The notes: a model not told the origin generated them from the sequence alone. Positions 17,078 to 27,190 are shown, counted from the first letter of the stretch. The stretch is DNA of 64,000 bases from Candidatus Saccharimonadota bacterium (GCA_030531645.1 JAUNNB010000002.1:8988-72987), one strand, 5' to 3'. Program-made: numbers and translations.

Positions 17078-17536
17078 ATGAAGGAACAAGATTATCTGAG
17101 ACTACTGAATCCAGAGAATGTTCATACCAGCGTCTTTGAGCGAAAGTTTATGTACCTCTCTGATATTATTGACCCAATTTATCACGAATATGCTATCCGT
17201 TTGGAGCGTTCAGGACATACACTTGATCTCGATGTTATTCGTCCACATCACCAGATTGAGAACTTTGCAGAGATTGCAAAAATCCTTGTTTCCTATTTTG
17301 AATATGCTCTCACCGTGCGCGAAAAGTCTAACATTGTGATTTCTATGAACACGATGAAGTCTTCGATTGCGGATATCCGCCCAGTTGAATATTATGTGAC
17401 TATTAAAGATACCGGCAATTCAATTAATATCGACCAGCGCGAGCGCTTCTCAACTATGGGTGCAAAGGTGCGTACAAGAGTTGGTTTCGGCACGTCTATT
17501 GCAATTCCGATTATTGAACCATACGACAAGATTTAA
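17078..17536 (+). CDS. Stand-alone degenerate HATPase_c (GHKL)-like domain protein
   Basis: VTIKDTGNSI (G1-box-like) and VRTRVGFGTSIAIPI (terminal strands); N-box degenerate; no HisKA domain. Confidence 0.5.
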   Translation: MKEQDYLRLLNPENVHTSVFERKFMYLSDIIDPIYHEYAIRLERSGHTLDLDVIRPHHQIENFAEIAKILVSYFEYALTVREKSNIVISMNTMKSSIADIRPVEYYVTIKDTGNSINIDQRERFSTMGAKVRTRVGFGTSIAIPIIEPYDKI

Positions 17537-17561
17537 AGAACCCCCCCTAGCGAGGGGATTT

Positions 17562-18044
17562 TTACTGCGCGATGGCGCGGATGATAAGGCGGTGGGAGAA
17601 GTCGCCTTCGTCGAGCGATTCGCCGGCACAAGTCATTAGAATGAGAGTGGGGGTGTTTTCGGTTTTTAGAAGCGCGTCCATACTGATGTCTTCTTTGGCA
17701 TCGGCATACATCTCGATGACAGTGTAGGTGACGTCGCCGTAGGTGATTTTGTCGTGGAGTTTGACTTGGTGGAGGTTCTTGAAAATGGTGGTGGAATGGC
17801 CGATGAGAAGATCTTTATTTTTGGCTGAGTGATAGACGCCGGCTTCGGTGGCAGGGGCAATGAGATTATGGTCGTCTAGCGCAACTTGCTTGGGTGAAGT
17901 CTCAAGGCCGATGGATGGGATGAGGAGAAGATTGCTGGAGGCGGAAGTTTGATTGACTTTGATGCCAAAAAACACGCCGAGGGAGATGGCTAGAATAGCA
18001 AGCAACACCCCTGCAATTTTTAGTTTGAGATGGTTTTTTAGCAT
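17562..18044 (-). CDS. Sortase-like protein (class F-like)
   Basis: TM anchor, LLIPSIGL, IGHS, LMTCAG and SHRLII motifs. Confidence 0.75.
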   Translation of the reverse strand: MLKNHLKLKIAGVLLAILAISLGVFFGIKVNQTSASSNLLLIPSIGLETSPKQVALDDHNLIAPATEAGVYHSAKNKDLLIGHSTTIFKNLHQVKLHDKITYGDVTYTVIEMYADAKEDISMDALLKTENTPTLILMTCAGESLDEGDFSHRLIIRAIAQ

Positions 18045-18147
18045 AAACTCCTTTAGTTAATTATAGCATAAGGGATATGGTTTCTCCACAAAAAGGGCCC
18101 GCCGATGTTGCTAGCGGGCCTATCTATCGCAGGGGGTGCGTATAGAT

Positions 18148-18993
18148 CTAATTCATAGAGGTGCGAAGGTCTGACTGCTCTTCAAGGAGCTTAACTTTTC
18201 GCTTTGATGAATCTGAGATTTGGCTTAACAACCATTCCTTGTTGGATTGGTGTTTCTTAAGTTTCTTCCTGATGGATTTAACCTCATCTTGGATAATCTT
18301 TTCCCAAAGCCACTTGTAATCGTGTTCATCTAAGTTTATCGAGAGAGCCTTAAGTGCAGAATTGAGTCTGAAAGTAATGATTTGTTCAGTTTTCGCCAAT
18401 TTACTGCTTGTATGTATGATTTTAGACTCTACTTTCGGTAATTGGTCAGAAAAATCGCCAAGTTCTTCATCGATATTATGGAGCATGTCCTCTATGGCGT
18501 CGAGACGACGCAGTTTTTGATGGTTGTAGCGGAATTTGGGTTTTTCCGGTTCATCTCCCATCATTTTGAGCTTGTGCTGTGCATCAGTCAGCTCTTTGCC
18601 TAATTGGTCGTCCTTTTCTTCGAGGACTAAGTATTTTCTCTTGATACTCTCGAGTTTGCGCTCATAGATAGAAGCGTCCAGTTCCAAACAGCAGTATTTG
18701 AGCCAAGCGATATCTGGGCTTAGTTCGGCGCCTGTGGCGGACATCTGATCAATCTTGTCGATAATCATCTGCGGAACACCCTTAGCTCCGATAAATGTAA
18801 TGTCGCGCTGGGTTTTGACCTGCTTCTCATAACTCTTGTCCATTTTCCGTTGATTTTTCTCGATATCCTTTTTGAGACAGATAATATCGGTCTCGAGGTT
18901 GAAGCGCTCGAGTGACTTAGTGGAGCGTCTATCGAGGAGAATCGAGAGAAATGCAAAGAGGAAAAAAACCAATACAATATAGAAACCTACCAT
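18148..18993 (-). CDS. Hypothetical coiled-coil protein with N-terminal TM
   Basis: 281-aa ORF with GGAGGTG RBS, own promoter and terminator. Confidence 0.7.
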   Translation of the reverse strand: MVGFYIVLVFFLFAFLSILLDRRSTKSLERFNLETDIICLKKDIEKNQRKMDKSYEKQVKTQRDITFIGAKGVPQMIIDKIDQMSATGAELSPDIAWLKYCCLELDASIYERKLESIKRKYLVLEEKDDQLGKELTDAQHKLKMMGDEPEKPKFRYNHQKLRRLDAIEDMLHNIDEELGDFSDQLPKVESKIIHTSSKLAKTEQIITFRLNSALKALSINLDEHDYKWLWEKIIQDEVKSIRKKLKKHQSNKEWLLSQISDSSKRKVKLLEEQSDLRTSMN

Positions 18994-19082
18994 ATTCTCA
19001 CCTCCGGTGTACTATTTTCTGCGTTAAAAATAACGCTATCAATCTATCTTCATTATAGCATAAGTATCTTATCTTGTCAAGA

Positions 19083-19748
19083 TTAGATAAGGTTAGCGAA
19101 GAGTTGGAGCTTCAAATTGCCATTTTTCTTAATTCCCTCATAGGCGGCGATAAATTTAGGGATTTTGGCGACAAAAACGGTATTACCGGTCTTGAAATAG
19201 GCTTTGTAGGAGTATTCGATGGCGGTTTCGAGAACGCTCAAGGTGTACTCCTTGCGGGTGTCGGCCTTTATTTTGCCGATTTTTTCGACAATTTCAGCGA
19301 GATCTGAAGGTGTTTTGGCTTGAATGAGGTGCTTGGCCTCCTCAAAAATGGCTTTGTCGGCCTCTGGGGCGGCTTCTAAGGCGTTTTCTATCTTAGGGCT
19401 CATAATTACGGCTCTCGAGAGAATTGTGGCCAGAAGTGCCTTAGGTTGGGTTGTAAGAAGCAAAAAATGATAGTTTTCGCGGGGTTCTTCTAGGAGCTTC
19501 AGGAAGGCATTTTGTGCCTCTGGACGCATCAAATCAGCCTTCATAATGATGAAAAACATAGGCGAAGACTGCTTGGTGGTGCAGAGCTCGCGGATTTCGC
19601 GGATTTGGTCAACAGAGATAAAGCCATCTTTTGGTTCGATTTTGATGGTGTTTTTGGGGAGATTTTCTGGTATTTCTAAGGATTTAAGAATAACAGTCTG
19701 AGTTCTATCTAGAACATTTCTGAGGGTGTCAGTAGATTTATAGAGCAT
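19083..19748 (-). CDS. holB: DNA polymerase III delta-prime-like subunit (short)
   Basis: ISVDQIREI, ADLMRPEAQNAFLKLLEEP and LLATILSR motifs. Confidence 0.75.
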   Translation of the reverse strand: MLYKSTDTLRNVLDRTQTVILKSLEIPENLPKNTIKIEPKDGFISVDQIREIRELCTTKQSSPMFFIIMKADLMRPEAQNAFLKLLEEPRENYHFLLLTTQPKALLATILSRAVIMSPKIENALEAAPEADKAIFEEAKHLIQAKTPSDLAEIVEKIGKIKADTRKEYTLSVLETAIEYSYKAYFKTGNTVFVAKIPKFIAAYEGIKKNGNLKLQLFANLI

Positions 19749-20706
19749 TGCTGACCTCTATAAACTCTTTAAACTCAGCTGGAAGTGGAGTCTCGAAAGT
19801 GCGGCGGTCTGATTCTGGAATAGTGATTTCAAGAGAGGAGGCGTGGAGGAAGAGGCGGGTTTTAGGGTTTTCATTTGGACCATAGACGCGGTCGCCTAAG
19901 ATAGGGGTGCCGAGATATTTGAGATGGACACGGAGTTGGTGGGTGCGGCCGGTCTGGGGCTTCAATTCAACTAGGCTAAGAACCTTGGCATCTGTATCAT
20001 ATTTTTTGCGAATTTCAGGGGTAGTTTCTAGAATATGTGTAACTTTATAGACTGTGACAGATGGCTTGCCGGCTGGGTCGACGAGGAAGGTGTTAGGGCG
20101 CTTGATAGAGCGAAGAATTGGCAGGTCAATTTTGGCAGAATCGAGTTTAGGACGGCCCTCGATGATAGCGTAGTAAGTTTTGTGGGCTTTTCTATCCTGG
20201 AATTGCTTGCGAAGGAGGGTTTGGGTTTCTTCATTCTTGGCCAAAATAACGATGCCTGAGGTGTCGCGATCTAGGCGATGAACTAAGAGGCCGTAATCCT
20301 CGAGAGTTGGTTCGGCGCAGACTTCGCCCTTGGCCATTGAAAGGAGGCCGGCAGGCTTATCGACTACGAGGACATTTTCATCTTCGAAAATGGTATTTGG
20401 TGCGGCTTGCTTGATTTTTTCGGCTTTTACCTCTGGATTTGCAAGGTCTTCTGGAAGGTTCAACTGGATTTCGACTGGCTCCTCGAGAAGTTTATTAGGT
20501 TTAGTGATAACCTCGCCATTTACTGTGACATAGCCGTTACGGATAAAGCTCTGGAGGCTGGCACGGTTCCACTCTGGGTGGAGCTTCATAATGAGGTGGT
20601 CTAGACGGAATTTAGGGGCTTTTTCAGGGCCATCAGAAAGCTGGACATCGCCGTTGATAACGCGCGACATCTCTGGTTTGCTGAACTTTTTGCCCGTAAT
20701 AATCAT
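19738..20706 (-). CDS. RluA-family pseudouridine synthase with S4 domain
   Basis: RLDHL S4 domain, VVDKPAGL, HRLDRDTSG and GRTHQLRVHL motifs. Confidence 0.92.
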   Translation of the reverse strand: MIITGKKFSKPEMSRVINGDVQLSDGPEKAPKFRLDHLIMKLHPEWNRASLQSFIRNGYVTVNGEVITKPNKLLEEPVEIQLNLPEDLANPEVKAEKIKQAAPNTIFEDENVLVVDKPAGLLSMAKGEVCAEPTLEDYGLLVHRLDRDTSGIVILAKNEETQTLLRKQFQDRKAHKTYYAIIEGRPKLDSAKIDLPILRSIKRPNTFLVDPAGKPSVTVYKVTHILETTPEIRKKYDTDAKVLSLVELKPQTGRTHQLRVHLKYLGTPILGDRVYGPNENPKTRLFLHASSLEITIPESDRRTFETPLPAEFKEFIEVSNAL

Positions 20707-20766
20707 GCCTATATTATAACATAAAAATAGCCCTCTCGACAAGTCGGGAGGGCTGTGGTTTGGTGG

Positions 20767-21510
20767 TCATTGATCCATGTTGTTGACGCGGTTCATCATC
20801 TCTGTGTAGGCTTCTGCAATATTGCCCATGTCTTTTCTGAAACGATCCTTGTCTAAGACATCGCCGGTATTTGCATCCAAGATGCGGCAGGTGTCAGGAG
20901 AGATTTCGTCTATCAAGATGATAGTCCCGTCCGGAAGACGACCAAATTCGACTTTGAAGTCGATGAGCTTGCCACCACACTGAGCGAAGAAGTCTTTGAG
21001 CGCTTCGCCAATCTGGCGGGTTGCCTTCTGGATTTTGTCGAGTTCAAAACCATCCAAGATGCCCTGCTGGACTACATCTTCAGCCAAGATGGGCGGGTCA
21101 TTTCTGGCGTCGTCCTTCTCTGTAAATTCGATAAACATCGGCACAAAAGGCATCATGTCCGGAGTCTCGGGATAACGCTTGAGATAGGAGCCTGTAGCGA
21201 AATACCTGCCGATAACCTCGAGCAATATCGGCTCAGTCTTCAAAACAATCTTCGAGCATTCATTACTGCCGGGACACACATAGTGATTCTTGACACCGAG
21301 TTCATCCAGCTTGGTGAAAATTGCCTTGCTGATGGTGTTGTTGGCAACGCCTTTGCCACTGATGACATCTGTTTTGGCACCGTTGCCGGCCGAAATACGG
21401 TCGCTGGCTTCGAGTTCCAGATACTCATCGTGGTCTGTCTCATAGACATTGTTGGCTTTGCCCTGATGAATCAATTTTCCACGAGTTACATTAAGATCTT
21501 TAGGGTCCAT
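20767..21510 (-). CDS. purC: SAICAR synthetase
   Basis: QGKANNVY, GKGVANN, KDDARNDP, LIDFKVEFG, DEISPDTCR and DKDRFR motifs. Confidence 0.92.
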   Translation of the reverse strand: MDPKDLNVTRGKLIHQGKANNVYETDHDEYLELEASDRISAGNGAKTDVISGKGVANNTISKAIFTKLDELGVKNHYVCPGSNECSKIVLKTEPILLEVIGRYFATGSYLKRYPETPDMMPFVPMFIEFTEKDDARNDPPILAEDVVQQGILDGFELDKIQKATRQIGEALKDFFAQCGGKLIDFKVEFGRLPDGTIILIDEISPDTCRILDANTGDVLDKDRFRKDMGNIAEAYTEMMNRVNNMDQ

Positions 21511-21624
21511 AAAATCACCTCCTAAAAGAATACATTTTTTCCCTAACGATTATATTATAACATAATTATGGGGAAAATGGAAGAGGTGAGACACGGCACA
21601 AAAATAAGCCCCTAGAGGCTTGTT

Positions 21625-21699
21625 TGGCTGGGGATGAGGGATTCGAACCCCCGAATGGTGGGACCAGAACCCACTGCCTTACCACTTGGCGAATCCCCA
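21625..21699 (-). tRNA. tRNA-Gln(CTG)
   Basis: Cloverleaf TGGGGAT/ATCCCCA, anticodon arm GTGGG-TTCTGGT-CCCAC, encoded CCA. Confidence 0.95.
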
Positions 21700-21822
21700 A
21701 CGAATTCGCCCGATAAGTCGGACTTTACTTATTATATCACGATTACGCATAAAAAGCTAGTATCTTTTGCGCCGAGGCGTTTTTCTCTTGTAATTCCCTC
21801 TCAAATCGGTTATACTTATTTT

Positions 21823-23550
21823 ATGGGCAAGTTTTTTCATAGATTAGATAGTATCGAAGATGTTGAAGAATTTTATAAAGCGATTGATCGCAAACATCTT
21901 TCACAGGACCTCTCCCCAGAGCGTCCATATACATATTGGACAATTGAGCTTTATGATAAAGCTAATGGTATTAGAGGTGGTGGTGGGCTTGGTGTCCTTG
22001 CGGCCGATACACGTCGTGTAGCGGAGCGCCAGCAGGTGCCATTTATCCTCGTCACGCCGTTTTACCCATCTGAGCCACATCAGACTTATGTGAATTTTGA
22101 GAATGGTGCAACCCACGAAAACGTAAACTATGCCCAATATGGCTTCAACTTCGTCGATACGGTCTATATCAAGGCAAACAACCAGATTTGTAGTCTGGAT
22201 GTGATTGAAAAAACTTTAGGCTCTACCAAGATTATTTGTATTACCGAGCCAAACTTTGGCGAGCTCTATTCTGGTGAATCTGGTGGCGATCATCGTCTTT
22301 ATCAGGAAGTTTCGCTTGGTTTCGGTGGTTATCAGGCATTGAAACTTGCTGAGGTGAAGCCAGCCATTATGCAACTTAATGAGGTGGCTACCTTCTTCGC
22401 AGCGCTTGCTCGCCTCGATGAACTCGCATCTAATGGTATGGATGTTTATGAGGCTCTTGTCTATACCCGTAAGCACACACTCTATACGAACCATACTTTG
22501 GTTCAGGCGGCTGAAGCGTCGTTTAGCTATGAACAGTTTGAGCGTTTTGTCTTCCCTAACCTCAAGTCTAAGGCTGTGCGCAAGTGGCTTTCAGATAAGT
22601 TCGATAACGGCAGGCTCGCACTTAGCTCTGTCACGATTGAGATTGCAGAGCTCCGTTCTGGCGTATCTAAACTTCATGCTAGAGTGGCGAACTATCACGA
22701 TATCGCTGGTGAAAAGGTGAAATTTAAGGCCGTGACAAACGGTATTGATATCCCAACTTGGACTGCGCCTGAGATTGTTGAATATCTCCGCAACAAGAAT
22801 ATCTTGGACAAGTTCTACCTCCCGACTGCCGATTATCAATCTAGAATTGATTTGATTTCCGCAAGCGATATTAGAGATTTGAAAGCGGCTGGTCGTGCAG
22901 AATTGAACCAGGTGCTTGAACATCGCCTTGACCAATATGGCAAGCATCCGGTAGTTGAAGATGATGCCTTGGTATTTGATTTCAAGCGTCGTTTTGTGGA
23001 TTATAAGCGTCCTTGGTTGCCATTTGCTGACCCACAGCGCTTAGCTCAGATTTTGGAGAAATATAATATTCAGTATTTCTTGGCTGGTAGGGTTCACGAA
23101 GGTGATGACAGAATGGCGGCTAGACTCTATGACTTGCTCCAAACTGTAGATCACGACCCGATTTTGAAGAAACGCGTACACTATCTCCCAGATTATGACG
23201 AGGAACTTGGTCGTGCGCTCTCGGTAGGTGCGAATGTCTCCATTAATACCCCGATTGTTGGCCTCGAGGCTTGTGGTACTAGCTGGATGAAAGATATCGT
23301 GAATCTAGGTATGCTTGTTTCTACTCACGATGGCGGCGTGGCTGATGGTAGGCCGGAAAGCTATATTAATATCACTGGCAATACAGAGGATGAGGAGATT
23401 GAATCTCTCTACCTCGGTATGGAACAGGCTGCGAAGGCTTGGAGCTCTGATTTTGACCTCGAAGACATCATCAAAAAAGAACTCGTGGAGTTCTTGCCGG
23501 TTATCTCTGGCACAAGGATGCTGAGAGATTATCTAGATTTCTTGTTCTAA
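21823..23550 (+). CDS. glgP: Alpha-glucan (glycogen) phosphorylase, compact form
   Basis: GGGGLGVLAAD, QLNE, TNHT, VTNG, RFVDYKR and EACGTSWMK (PLP Lys) motifs; the start at 21823 avoids the tRNA. Confidence 0.88.
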   Translation: MGKFFHRLDSIEDVEEFYKAIDRKHLSQDLSPERPYTYWTIELYDKANGIRGGGGLGVLAADTRRVAERQQVPFILVTPFYPSEPHQTYVNFENGATHENVNYAQYGFNFVDTVYIKANNQICSLDVIEKTLGSTKIICITEPNFGELYSGESGGDHRLYQEVSLGFGGYQALKLAEVKPAIMQLNEVATFFAALARLDELASNGMDVYEALVYTRKHTLYTNHTLVQAAEASFSYEQFERFVFPNLKSKAVRKWLSDKFDNGRLALSSVTIEIAELRSGVSKLHARVANYHDIAGEKVKFKAVTNGIDIPTWTAPEIVEYLRNKNILDKFYLPTADYQSRIDLISASDIRDLKAAGRAELNQVLEHRLDQYGKHPVVEDDALVFDFKRRFVDYKRPWLPFADPQRLAQILEKYNIQYFLAGRVHEGDDRMAARLYDLLQTVDHDPILKKRVHYLPDYDEELGRALSVGANVSINTPIVGLEACGTSWMKDIVNLGMLVSTHDGGVADGRPESYINITGNTEDEEIESLYLGMEQAAKAWSSDFDLEDIIKKELVEFLPVISGTRMLRDYLDFLF

Positions 23551-23608
23551 AACGATATTAGGCCCAGACAAGTCTGGGCCTTTATTAGGAATAGAGTGTG
23601 TGTTCTTT

Positions 23609-24091
23609 TTACTGCTCTGTGGCAGGATGATCAAATGATACTTCGATTTCTCTGATAAACTCATACGGGTCTTCGTAAGAATCAACTGAGATAGAGCTTC
23701 TCTGGCTAATGTATTTGCAAGCAGCATCTCTGTCGCCCTTGATAACATTAATGAGAAGGTCGTTCTCGGGGTCTTCTTTGTCGCCGTATGCATAGAGCAA
23801 TTCCGCGAAACGATCCTGGTTTTTCTGCGCAGCCTTATTGCCAAAACCTAACATATTGGTGATGGTGCAAAGAATCTGCGTGTCGGCATAGCCCGGCTCA
23901 ATGTAGCCGATGATGGCGCTGCCTTCCTTGGATACGCGAACAACTACCGTGTTGTTCTTTGCCCGATGTTCATCAAAGAGTTGATCGATATATTTGAAAA
24001 AATTATCCTCAGTCATTATGAGATTACAGGGTCTCCTATTCGGATCCTCCAAAGTAACTCTTGATCTGATTTCTGCATTGAAATTGTCCAT
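23609..24091 (-). CDS. Hypothetical protein (160 aa)
   Basis: GAAAGGGGG RBS before MDNFNAE; terminator follows. Confidence 0.6.
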   Translation of the reverse strand: MDNFNAEIRSRVTLEDPNRRPCNLIMTEDNFFKYIDQLFDEHRAKNNTVVVRVSKEGSAIIGYIEPGYADTQILCTITNMLGFGNKAAQKNQDRFAELLYAYGDKEDPENDLLINVIKGDRDAACKYISQRSSISVDSYEDPYEFIREIEVSFDHPATEQ

Positions 24092-24332
24092 TGGTCTGTT
24101 CCCCCTTTCGAATAAAAACAACAACCTTAATAATTATTTACATTTATAGTCAAGTAAAACAAATTACATTTTGGACACACACTCTGAAAAGAACTATTGT
24201 TTATATCTGTTAGAGAGGCACAATAAAAAAACACTCCAACATAACCATTATAGCACAGATTGGCTAAAAAGTCAAGGGGTAGAGGCAATAAAAAAATACA
24301 CCCCGAAGGGTGTATTTTTGTTGCGACTAACC

Positions 24333-24731
24333 TTAACGCTTTGAGAACTGCTCTTTCTTACGAGCGGAGCGAAGACCATATTTCTTGCGCTCTTTCTCGC
24401 GTGGATCACGCTTCATTGAGCCTGCCTTCTTCAAGACTGGGCGGAGTTCTGGGAACTCAGCGACGAGAGCCTTAGAGATTGCGAGCTTGATAGCGTCGAC
24501 CTGGCCGGCGAGACCGCCACCAGAGACGCGGATGGTAATATCGTAATCCTTTTGCTTCTGAACGAGTGCGAGAGGATCGGTGATTTCAGCGACATAAGTC
24601 TTGTTGTTGCTGAAGTAATCCAATGCATCTTTGTCGTTAATGGTAAGTTTGCCCTTGCCTTTATAGAGGCGAGCACGAGCCGTGGAAGCCTTGCGGCGAC
24701 CGAGGCCGTAGGTGTATTTAGCTTCTGCCAT
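24333..24731 (-). CDS. rpsI: 30S ribosomal protein S9
   Basis: GRRKAS, GGGLAGQVDAI and RKKEQFSKR motifs. Confidence 0.97.
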   Translation of the reverse strand: MAEAKYTYGLGRRKASTARARLYKGKGKLTINDKDALDYFSNNKTYVAEITDPLALVQKQKDYDITIRVSGGGLAGQVDAIKLAISKALVAEFPELRPVLKKAGSMKRDPREKERKKYGLRSARKKEQFSKR

Positions 24732-25156
24732 TACTTAATCTCCTTTGGATTCTGAGCGGCATGTGTGTGCTCAGCACCTTCGAAGACACGAAGGCGAGCC
24801 ATGCGGTCAGCAGCGAGTTTGTTCTTAGGGAGCATTCCCTTAACAGCCTCTTTAATAGCATAATCAGGTTTCTTCTCAACGATTTCCTCGAGCTTCAAAG
24901 AGCGGAGACCGCCTGGGAAGCCAGAGTGGTGATGATACATCTTGTCGGTCATCTTGTTGCCAGTAACCTTGAGGTTCTTAGCATTGATGACAACAACGTA
25001 GTCACCATTATCGATATGAGGGGTATAAGTAACCTTGCTTTTACCCATAAGTTTGTCAGCGATAACGACAGCGAGTTTGCCGAGAGGCATTACGCTAGCG
25101 TCGATAACCCACCATTCGCGCTTGATGTCAGAAGACTTGTCATTGTAAGTTTTCAT
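24731..25156 (-). CDS. rplM: 50S ribosomal protein L13
   Basis: WWVIDA, PHIDNGDYVVVINA and AVKGMLPKN motifs. Confidence 0.97.
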   Translation of the reverse strand: MKTYNDKSSDIKREWWVIDASVMPLGKLAVVIADKLMGKSKVTYTPHIDNGDYVVVINAKNLKVTGNKMTDKMYHHHSGFPGGLRSLKLEEIVEKKPDYAIKEAVKGMLPKNKLAADRMARLRVFEGAEHTHAAQNPKEIK

Positions 25157-25611
25157 TACTTAGTCTCCTTTTTAGCTGGTTTAGCTGGCTTAGCTTCAGC
25201 CTTCTTAGGGGCTTCTTTCTTAGCCGGTTCCTTAGTGGCTTTAACTTCAAGGTTGATATCATCTACGAAGCTAATAGTAGCCATTTCGGAATTATCACCA
25301 CGACGATTTTCGGCACGCTCGATACGGAGGTAGCCGGAGTCGCGCTTAATCTGCGGAGCGATAACATCCATCAAGAGATCTGCCATCTCGATGTTGTCGA
25401 GACGAGAGATAAGAAGACGGCGATTTGCGAGACCACCACGCTTTGCAAGAGTGATGAGCTTCTCAGTTTCGCGACGCATTTCCTTAGCACGAGCCAAAGT
25501 CACGGTGACAGACTGATACTGAATGAGAGCACATTCCATTGAGCGCATAAGAGCGCGTCGCTGGTCGGTCTCACGGCCGAATTTGCGGCCTTTATATCCG
25601 TGCCTATGCAT
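25156..25611 (-). CDS. rplQ: 50S ribosomal protein L17
   Basis: MHRH...RKFGR and GYLRI...RRGD motifs; Lys/Ala/Pro-rich tail. Confidence 0.96.
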   Translation of the reverse strand: MHRHGYKGRKFGRETDQRRALMRSMECALIQYQSVTVTLARAKEMRRETEKLITLAKRGGLANRRLLISRLDNIEMADLLMDVIAPQIKRDSGYLRIERAENRRGDNSEMATISFVDDINLEVKATKEPAKKEAPKKAEAKPAKPAKKETK

Positions 25612-25613
25612 TT

Positions 25614-26564
25614 TTAAACTTTAAACTCCGTTAATTTTGCTTTAACTTCGTCTAATGCCTTTGAACCAAAACCTTTGAGTTCCTTGAGGTCGGAGTCTGA
25701 AAGAACTACGAGATCACGGACAGTCTTGATGTCATTGTTAACGAGGGCATTAGCCGTACGAGCGGAGAGGCCGAGGTCTTCGACTGGGACCATAAGGCTG
25801 GTATCATCCTGCTCTTCTTGAGTGCCAGGGGCTGGAGCTGATTCCACAGAGGTATCACCAGCGAGGGCACTATATTGGTTGACGAGGATAGCTGCAGCTT
25901 CCTGGAAGGCCTCACGAGGAGTGAGGGTACCATCGGTATCGACGGTAATAGTGAGCTGTTGCAAGTTGGTATCCTGTCCAACACGAGTGTTTTCGACATT
26001 GTAACGAACGCGAAGAACTGGGGTAAAGACGGCGTCGAGGGCAATCATGTCGCCATGAAGTCTCTCTTCACCACTTTTCTCGACAGTAAGATAACCGCGA
26101 CCTGTTTCGACTACAAAACGCATCTTGAGAGTGTATTTTGGATCATCGATGTGACAGATAACCTGGTTAGGGTTGGCGATTTCAACATCAGAGGTGAGCT
26201 TAATATCGCTAGCGGTGACGCGTGGGTCGCCGTCTTTAGCCTTCTGAGCAGAACCCTTAATCTCGAGCTCGAGCTCGACTGGGCTGTCAGTGTGGCACTT
26301 AAAGCGGATATTTTTGAGGTTCAACATGATGTCGACCACATCTTCACGGATGCCTGGGATGGCAGTGAACTCGTGTGTCGTTCCTTCAATACTGAAGGAT
26401 GTGATGGCAGCGCCTTTGATGCTTGATAGAAGAACGCGGCGGAGAGAGTTACCAAGAGTATTACCGTAGCCGTAGTAAAGTGGCTTGATAATAAAGCTGG
26501 CGCTGGTCTCTGAGTGCTCTTTGACTTCCGCAAGTGCTGCATCATGAATTAGTTTTACTGTCAT
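25614..26564 (-). CDS. rpoA: RNA polymerase alpha subunit
   Basis: GYGNTLGNSLRRVLLSSI, HEF and FTPVLRV motifs; alpha-CTD. Confidence 0.97.
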   Translation of the reverse strand: MTVKLIHDAALAEVKEHSETSASFIIKPLYYGYGNTLGNSLRRVLLSSIKGAAITSFSIEGTTHEFTAIPGIREDVVDIMLNLKNIRFKCHTDSPVELELEIKGSAQKAKDGDPRVTASDIKLTSDVEIANPNQVICHIDDPKYTLKMRFVVETGRGYLTVEKSGEERLHGDMIALDAVFTPVLRVRYNVENTRVGQDTNLQQLTITVDTDGTLTPREAFQEAAAILVNQYSALAGDTSVESAPAPGTQEEQDDTSLMVPVEDLGLSARTANALVNNDIKTVRDLVVLSDSDLKELKGFGSKALDEVKAKLTEFKV

Positions 26565-26572
26565 TTTCCTCC

Positions 26573-27190
26573 TTAGCGTGAGTAATACTCAACGATTAAT
26601 TGTTCGTTAATGCCCGCCTCAGCTTCTTCGCGCTTTGGCTTACCAGATACTTCGATCTTGAATTTCTTGACGTCGGCTTTCATCCAGCTGAGTGGTTGAG
26701 CGTTAGAACCAGCGACAATGTTTGCAAGATTCTTAAAGTATTCAGATTTCTGAGAACGTGGGCGAACTTCCAATACATCACCCGGATTGAGACGGATTGA
26801 TGGAATGTCGATTCTACGGCCATTCAAAGTGAAGTGACCGTGGGAAACTAATTGGCGAGCTTGGCGACGAGTAGTCGCGAAACCTGCGCGATAAACAACG
26901 TTATCTGCACGGCGCTCGAGGAATTCAAGCAAGTTTTCACCTGCTAGACCATCAGCTTTTTGAGCTTCACGCATTAGTTTTGCGAATTGCTTTTCGAGTA
27001 GGCCGTAAGTGCGGCGAACTTTCTGCTTTTCGCGGAGCTGTGTAAGGTAGAGGCTACCACCACGGACGCGCATGTCGCCGTGCTGACCAGGAATACCGGT
27101 CTTTTTGGCCATTACCTTGTGAGCTTTCGGCGCGAGGGCAACGCCTTCACGACGAGATTGTTTTACAATAGGGGATTTATCACGTGCCAT
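26573..27190 (-). CDS. rpsD: 30S ribosomal protein S4 (Cys-free type)
   Basis: KQSRREG, QLREKQK, LERRADNVVYR and QLIVEYYSR motifs. Confidence 0.97.
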   Translation of the reverse strand: MARDKSPIVKQSRREGVALAPKAHKVMAKKTGIPGQHGDMRVRGGSLYLTQLREKQKVRRTYGLLEKQFAKLMREAQKADGLAGENLLEFLERRADNVVYRAGFATTRRQARQLVSHGHFTLNGRRIDIPSIRLNPGDVLEVRPRSQKSEYFKNLANIVAGSNAQPLSWMKADVKKFKIEVSGKPKREEAEAGINEQLIVEYYSR

